In this document: in pieces, positions 59,801 to 64,000 of the stretch | Position numbering within the stretch: position 1 is the first letter of the stretch | Layout of the letters: each line of letters begins with the position of its first letter | IMG/VR virus record: IMGVR_UViG_3300044722_000002 | Span: 1 to 64,000 of that record | DNA from: a virus | Reading direction: 5' to 3' (one strand) | DNA: 64,000 nt | The notes under the pieces: model-generated | Told to the model about the DNA's origin: nothing | What the model saw: the letters and a program-made list of their open reading frames with translations, nothing else | The model's database searches: none | Translations under genes and position numbers: made by a program

Positions 59801-60849
59801 CTGAAATATGGACAATAACCCTAAGCAGTGGAAGCCAATTGAGCGGGACGAAAACACATCCGATTTGGGTTGTGGGTTACGGGTGGAAACCGTTATCGGA
59901 GATAAGGGCAGGCGAGAGGTTGTTGTCTTTAACGGAGTGCGCTTCTATCGCTACCCAGAGTCAAAGCATTGGGCGCACCGAGCCTATTTCAAGCCCCACG
60001 TACACGCCGTTCGTAAGGGAATTGGTGCGTTACACATCGAGCTTTGGAAGTCTGTTCACGGAGATATTCCAGAAGATCACGCGGTTCATCACAGGGACCA
60101 TAATCCGCTTAACAACGCCGATTCCAATTTTGAATTACTTACCCGTTCCGAACATAGCAGCCATCACGGGAATAACATGCAGCCTGAAGTTAAGGCGCGA
60201 ATGCGCGCAAATATTATCAGCCAGCAGGAATTGGCAAAGATCTGGCATCGAAGCGACGAAGGAAGGGAGTGGCACAGAAAACACGCTTACCAAAGCATTC
60301 AGCCGCCACCTAAAATTGAAATGCAATGCATGTACTTCTTTTGTCAAAAGCTTTTTCAGGGGCGTAAGGGGGTTAGTAAGTTTTGTTCGACGGTCTGTAA
60401 GCAGCGCGATTACGACGGAGTTGTTCCCACATGGCGATTATGTTTACAGTGTAATACGCCGTTTGAAGTCGGAACCAAGGATCGCGTCCACTTATACTGC
60501 GGAGGTTTTCGTTGTAAGCAATCAGAGGATAGATGAACTTTCCACTGTTTACAATCTTTCAGTAGAGCGTCATTCTGAGTATTTCGCTAACGGCGTGCTG
60601 GTTCATAATTGTGACAGCACACGCGGAATTTTAACGGGTTTTGGGCCATCTGAACAGGCGATGACGCAATCACAGAAAATACAGCAAATCATCCCCGCTG
60701 GCTATCATAAATCTGAGTTGCTTTTGAGAAACGATATCCCTCCCGACGTTGCTCACATGACCGGGGAGATGGCTGACTGGCTGGCGCGAAGGACGCTTGC
60801 TTTAAGACAACCAAAAGCAGTAGACGATTATGGTCAGATTATTTCGTAA
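56833..60849 (+). CDS. terL: terminase large subunit with two inteins
   Basis: Walker A PRETGKSS; Walker B RPSMVI|CDDYDE; nuclease VGLDIG and KDDDE|CD, both reconstituted after intein removal. Confidence 0.9.
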   Translation: MPEPTLEHVLDLLASSTPEQVDKTMSWLKANIPDTYKRLSAYLKLNKGIFIERRGPEHWLKTLGAQTFTRPFAPIQRRFWEWNWGALNKVRNGVPLDPKETVGFLPWPRETGKSSHVEWAAIAEGAILKSGYVIYLSAKLSQAIDHVVAIRDRIESEHVAETYPWLGKPKLGAHGNKFGWGQEFLMTSGGWSIRPVGADVAMRGGKSINLRPSMVICHERGTRMLHESQWIKVEDHPTAKEHRSDGVEVQLHGLPFRETVSLDHRYKVISKRRTTVNGEKNVYVWTAPAWVKGSDLSEECYVGLPIDFSVKPLQPVLKDFSRKKIVGRDKKGRITKYENVGLERVVIEEFFDPDWWWLIGLWWGDGHLTKTQVGWTIATAEPEIFARVSSILRRWNKPYSVVPKSGCSQIVIAHTAMSRWLRTWKLSKKQGHKAPPAWVEKLNSVYQERLIQGYVAADGFIDIAGNGVRITSVSLEGLLALRRILLRFGICSSIRRGVGPGQIVIKGRTCQTQQKYDLRFRGGARSLGYPFDDQTRYDFVQYFIEDGWLWSKIRSLAPALDKVFVPIKTEDHTYVTAFGQSHNCDDYDELGDSPHVVEHKEHMLTRAILPMGNANTRVLVPQNPIHPNSVVNRMLTGASLALAIRTIFGEINEEGSLSARPIQAVKGLVYEVRQADEGPYSVITQGESNWPGITVSDWEGTMNRVSPDAFAAEYQHDMTVVKEERVLPEYDDRVLRLHVITWSQFEAKYKIRRIPRDWPCDVGLDIGYTVAHKSAWSFISKVPQAYELSGSIFRYRGRTFTGIGIDEQAVIIRSELWPEEKIEREYMSHEKLGERMVLNSKHDWHFNPFPDIGKFAGVAQWRHFLMSDHSQPHPFHPDRKGIDGRWELGRPAWFDVVDDRQFIAPVDDAGMKGHRDGAYNWRKVPVKLTDKGLTIEQPAKKDDDECFVAGTLITTARGEVPIEEIGQKDVVLTRQGWYSVLACGKTKSEAEIWTITLSSGSQLSGTKTHPIWVVGYGWKPLSEIRAGERLLSLTECASIATQSQSIGRTEPISSPTYTPFVRELVRYTSSFGSLFTEIFQKITRFITGTIIRLTTPIPILNYLPVPNIAAITGITCSLKLRRECAQILSASRNWQRSGIEATKEGSGTENTLTKAFSRHLKLKCNACTSFVKSFFRGVRGLVSFVRRSVSSAITTELFPHGDYVYSVIRRLKSEPRIASTYTAEVFVVSNQRIDELSTVYNLSVERHSEYFANGVLVHNCDSTRGILTGFGPSEQAMTQSQKIQQIIPAGYHKSELLLRNDIPPDVAHMTGEMADWLARRTLALRQPKAVDDYGQIIS
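57481..58581 (+). mobile_element. intein 1 (367 aa) with LAGLIDADG homing endonuclease
   Basis: Starts with Cys (CHERGT); WLIGLWWGDGH and LIQGYVAADG; ends SHN followed by Cys; inserted in Walker B. Confidence 0.9.
59668..60609 (+). mobile_element. intein 2 (314 aa) without an in-frame endonuclease
   Basis: CFVAGTLITTARG block A; GTKTHPIW block B; TVYNLSV..HSEYFANGVLVHN followed by Cys (blocks F/G). Confidence 0.92.
59808..60536 (+). CDS. HNH homing endonuclease overprinted in the -1 frame inside intein 2
   Basis: LHIELWKSVHGDIPEDHAVHHRDHNPLNNADSNFELLTRSEHSSHH (HNH_3); two C-terminal Cys4 zinc motifs; GAGG RBS 7 nt before ATG. Confidence 0.88.
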   Translation: MDNNPKQWKPIERDENTSDLGCGLRVETVIGDKGRREVVVFNGVRFYRYPESKHWAHRAYFKPHVHAVRKGIGALHIELWKSVHGDIPEDHAVHHRDHNPLNNADSNFELLTRSEHSSHHGNNMQPEVKARMRANIISQQELAKIWHRSDEGREWHRKHAYQSIQPPPKIEMQCMYFFCQKLFQGRKGVSKFCSTVCKQRDYDGVVPTWRLCLQCNTPFEVGTKDRVHLYCGGFRCKQSEDR

Positions 60850-60937
60850 CTAAATCATTGCGGTTACGGGCCTTCTAACGTATATTTCAGTTCGATGCGG
60901 CGACTCCCCGCAAAACCAAAGAGAGAGGTAAATAAAC

Positions 60938-61291
60938 ATGAGCGGTCTTTTAAGCTATAACAGTGCGTATCAAGTTCAGAGTGCTGACGTTGGTTACGCA
61001 ATCCTTCAAGCTGGCAAGCAGGGGTATCTCACTGACGCGCTGATCGTCGCCGCGACTTCTGCCGACGATCTCATTGCCGACGTGAATGCCGCGATCGTCA
61101 GCCCCGGCGCAGAGGCTAACCCGCAGCGTAACTCCATCGCTCGTGCACTCAAGGTCGGTCAAGGGCTTGGAGACTTGTCGAACGCGAGAGTTCAGGGCGC
61201 AACCAGCGTCCAGACACTAGCGGAACTTACCTGGGTTACGAACGATCAAAGTTATCTTACTGGGCATCTAGGGCCAAATCTTTTACCGTAG
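60938..61291 (+). CDS. hypothetical virion-associated protein
   Basis: GAGGT RBS; between terL and portal. Confidence 0.55.
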   Translation: MSGLLSYNSAYQVQSADVGYAILQAGKQGYLTDALIVAATSADDLIADVNAAIVSPGAEANPQRNSIARALKVGQGLGDLSNARVQGATSVQTLAELTWVTNDQSYLTGHLGPNLLP

Positions 61292-61321
61292 CGATTCCAA
61301 GGGTAGAAAGGAGTAGATTCC

Positions 61322-61690
61322 TTGTTCGGTCGCTACAGTGTTTTCAAGTGGCAGTTCTGGCGGTGGCGTTATCGCTACTGGCGCAAGCGTGCGGTAAAGG
61401 CTGAAAAGCTTTTAACTGCCGAGACTAACCGCAATCGTGAACGTGAGGACGAGCTAGCCACCGCCCCGATACGCTTGGGAGGATTATTTGCCCCGCCTCC
61501 CCGAGTGACGCAAGCACCGCCTATTGCTCAACCCGTACAGAGTGAAGGGTTGTCGTGGGCAGATAATCAGGAGTTTGAGATGTACTGGAAGCCGGACGCC
61601 GAAGCAGCCAATATCCCCGTATCTCAAGCCATGCAAAAGTTTCGTCAAGAGTTGGCAAGCCGTCATCTAAATGACGATCCTTTCAATTAG
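61322..61690 (+). CDS. hypothetical protein
   Basis: AGGAG RBS before TTG. Confidence 0.5.
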   Translation: MFGRYSVFKWQFWRWRYRYWRKRAVKAEKLLTAETNRNREREDELATAPIRLGGLFAPPPRVTQAPPIAQPVQSEGLSWADNQEFEMYWKPDAEAANIPVSQAMQKFRQELASRHLNDDPFN

Positions 61691-61696
61691 GAATGA

Positions 61697-64000
61697 ATGT
61701 CCCCCGAAAGTTATTTCACACAACTCTCAGTTCCTCTAGCGCGCACGGCCCAAAACTTCGCGCCGCGCAAGCCGTTGGACGATACCGTCCGCAATAAAAA
61801 ACTCCCCAAGACTCCCACTAAGTTTGAGCAGTCCATCCGTGAGTGGTACCAGTCAAAATTAAACTACGAAAAACTCGCGTGGGAAGAAATGATTTCAATG
61901 GCCCAACTGGTGGCCATGTTCCGCAAGGGTCAGCAGTTACTGGTTCGCCGTCCCTACGGCCCCGGTTACTATGTTCGTCCCGTTAAGGACGACTCGACTG
62001 ACCGGCAGACCGCGATGAACCTTATGTCCTTTCACTCTCAGGTGAGCGAGGCAAAGGTGATTGCGTCTAACCCTACGGTCAGCATGCGCGCGGGTGATGA
62101 CACCCCGGAAGCTATCGCTGCTGCGCAAGCCTGTAGGCCGACTGTAGATAATTATGAAACTGAGTGGTACACGGCAAAGTTCTCTCGTCGCGAAGCTATC
62201 CGATTCCTTACGGATGGAATGGTTATCCATCAGGTTCGCTGGAATCCGTTTAAGGGAGGGTATGAAGTTCAGGAGCGGAAAGTCTCTCGACAGGAGGTAA
62301 TGATCGATCCGGGTGCGGGGATTTGTGCTGATTGTCAACACGAAGCCGATGCCGATGAGTTCCAGCCTAGTGAGTACGGAAATAAATGTCCTAACTGTGG
62401 GAGTGAGGCGGTGGACGTTCGCAAATCCGTAAAACAAAACCTTCCACAAATCGGCATGGGCGCAAAGAAACTGGCAGGTGAACCGGAAATCATCTCAAGT
62501 CCCTTTGCATCTTGGCGTTGGGATTTATCAAGAGACTTGGAGTTGTCCTCATGGGCCATTAAACGTCAGCGAATAACTCAGGGCGCAATCAACCTCATGT
62601 TGGGAAACGTTACCGTCCCGGACAGTGCTAGTAGTGAAGATTACGGACTGGAACTAGTACACGCCGTTACCTATGGTGGACAAGCCTTTCAAGGAATTTC
62701 TCATACTGCTAATAATCAAAGCCAATGGGACAAACGCCCGACAATGGTTGAGGCGTGGATGTCCGCCGAAGATCAAGCAACTATTGAATGTGAAGAAGGT
62801 GACACGATCTGTGGAGTTACCATGCCGAAAGGTCGCATGTCGGACTTCTTCAAAGGTGCGCCGGTTTGTCTTGTCGGATTAAATGATATGTCGCTGATCG
62901 TAGGGACTTTCGCGAATGAATCCCACATGCAGGAAGTAGAAACAGCTCAGTGGTTCATGGATGCCGAGTCTGGCGGTGGACGAGGAATGGAAGATACCGC
63001 CGCTGTGCAGAAAAGGTTCAACGCGGTTGATGGGCATGTGTATAAAGGTCTGGCAACAACGGCCACCCCTCCTGTGTTCGTTGATATGCGAATGATTAAA
63101 GAGGACACTGGGCAGTACTTATTTAAGCCCGGCGTTAATCATGACGTGAACCTTTCCATGCTTCCGGTAGGAATGAAACTGCCTGATGCTATTTACATGC
63201 CGTCTCCCGGCGCGGTGTCTCAGCAGTACATTCAATACGGCTCTCAGTTTCTCATGCAGATGCTTACGATGTCGTCGCTTTCCGTGGACTTTTCTGAGAA
63301 CGTACTTCCGGTAGACAATCGAACCGCTACAGGGGCACAGATTACCGCCCAACTGGCAAACTCACTCTATGGCCCAATGCTTATCTCGAAAGGTGAATCA
63401 AGAGTAGGGATCGCCAAGAAGATCGTATCACTTGTAGCTAAGCATGGAGTAGCGTCGAGGTTCTTTCCGGGTAAGAGTAATGCACGTGGCCGATCAGTTT
63501 CCGGGCAGGACTTGAAGGGAAAGGTGATATTTGAACTAGTCGAGAACTCTCACCTTCCGGTAACTCCGTTTAGTCAACAGAGTGATGTGCAGAACATGTT
63601 CTTAGCGTATGGAAATGCGCAGGTGGCAATGGAGATCAAGAAGGCTGATCCTGAATTCTTCCGGGCTACATCTAAGCCTTACAACATTAACTGGGGCAGT
63701 GAGTCGGACGATAGTATTTCAACTCTTTGTCTGTCTCGATTGGAGCAGATGAAGCAAGCGTTACAGGCGGGTGTTGACGATCCGAACATGTTGACGCAGA
63801 TGATTCGACCTCCTGTGTCTATGTACGAACCAAAGCAAGCAGAAAAGAAGCAGTGGTGGAGCGACTGGCTTGACCTCGACAGCGCGCAGAAGTCCCCGCA
63901 GGTACTCCGACAAGCGGCGGAAGCGATGTACAATCTTCATTTGAACCTTGAGACACAGAGACAGATGCCGGAATCGGTCAACGAAGGCCTTGTGGCTGGT
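61697..64000 (+). CDS. portal protein (3'-truncated by the window); missing from the ORF track
   Basis: Frame opens MSPESYF...; portal-like NLMSFH...NPTVSMRAGDD..AIAAAQA, GRGMED..AVQKRFN and RTATGAQI motifs; still in frame at 64000. Confidence 0.8.
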   Translation, partial: MSPESYFTQLSVPLARTAQNFAPRKPLDDTVRNKKLPKTPTKFEQSIREWYQSKLNYEKLAWEEMISMAQLVAMFRKGQQLLVRRPYGPGYYVRPVKDDSTDRQTAMNLMSFHSQVSEAKVIASNPTVSMRAGDDTPEAIAAAQACRPTVDNYETEWYTAKFSRREAIRFLTDGMVIHQVRWNPFKGGYEVQERKVSRQEVMIDPGAGICADCQHEADADEFQPSEYGNKCPNCGSEAVDVRKSVKQNLPQIGMGAKKLAGEPEIISSPFASWRWDLSRDLELSSWAIKRQRITQGAINLMLGNVTVPDSASSEDYGLELVHAVTYGGQAFQGISHTANNQSQWDKRPTMVEAWMSAEDQATIECEEGDTICGVTMPKGRMSDFFKGAPVCLVGLNDMSLIVGTFANESHMQEVETAQWFMDAESGGGRGMEDTAAVQKRFNAVDGHVYKGLATTATPPVFVDMRMIKEDTGQYLFKPGVNHDVNLSMLPVGMKLPDAIYMPSPGAVSQQYIQYGSQFLMQMLTMSSLSVDFSENVLPVDNRTATGAQITAQLANSLYGPMLISKGESRVGIAKKIVSLVAKHGVASRFFPGKSNARGRSVSGQDLKGKVIFELVENSHLPVTPFSQQSDVQNMFLAYGNAQVAMEIKKADPEFFRATSKPYNINWGSESDDSISTLCLSRLEQMKQALQAGVDDPNMLTQMIRPPVSMYEPKQAEKKQWWSDWLDLDSAQKSPQVLRQAAEAMYNLHLNLETQRQMPESVNEGLVAG

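Noticed and set aside
59805-59900. Programmed -1 frameshift fusing the intein to the HNH
   Set aside because: No X-XXY-YYZ slippery site seen; the alternative frame opens only after TGA at 59802 and has its own RBS and ATG (not fully excluded)
61937-63933. Short ORFs listed in the track over the last 2 kb
   Set aside because: Explained as shadows of the unlisted open portal frame starting at 61697

Overview
About 64 kb of a tailed dsDNA phage genome, probably most of it. The layout looks podovirus-like: no tape measure, sheath, integrase, DNA polymerase or endolysin is visible here. 1-12.7 kb (+) holds tail, ejection and tailspike genes. 12.7-46.6 kb (mostly -) is a dense early/accessory region with lambdoid O/P-like replication genes and iterons, NinG, an SSB/PD-(D/E)XK recombination module, two DNA methyltransferases plus DUF5131, an RNA ligase next to a degenerate tRNA, and many small ORFs driven by consensus sigma70 promoters, mostly leaderless. 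46.7-64 kb (+) holds terS, putative ncRNAs, scaffold, major capsid, an antisense HNH gene, terL and a truncated portal gene. The standout feature is terL, which carries two inteins. The second intein has no in-frame endonuclease. Instead a complete HNH endonuclease gene is overprinted in the -1 frame across its endonuclease slot, with both frames stop-free and a candidate internal promoter and RBS. All product calls come from motif recognition and synteny; no database searches were run.
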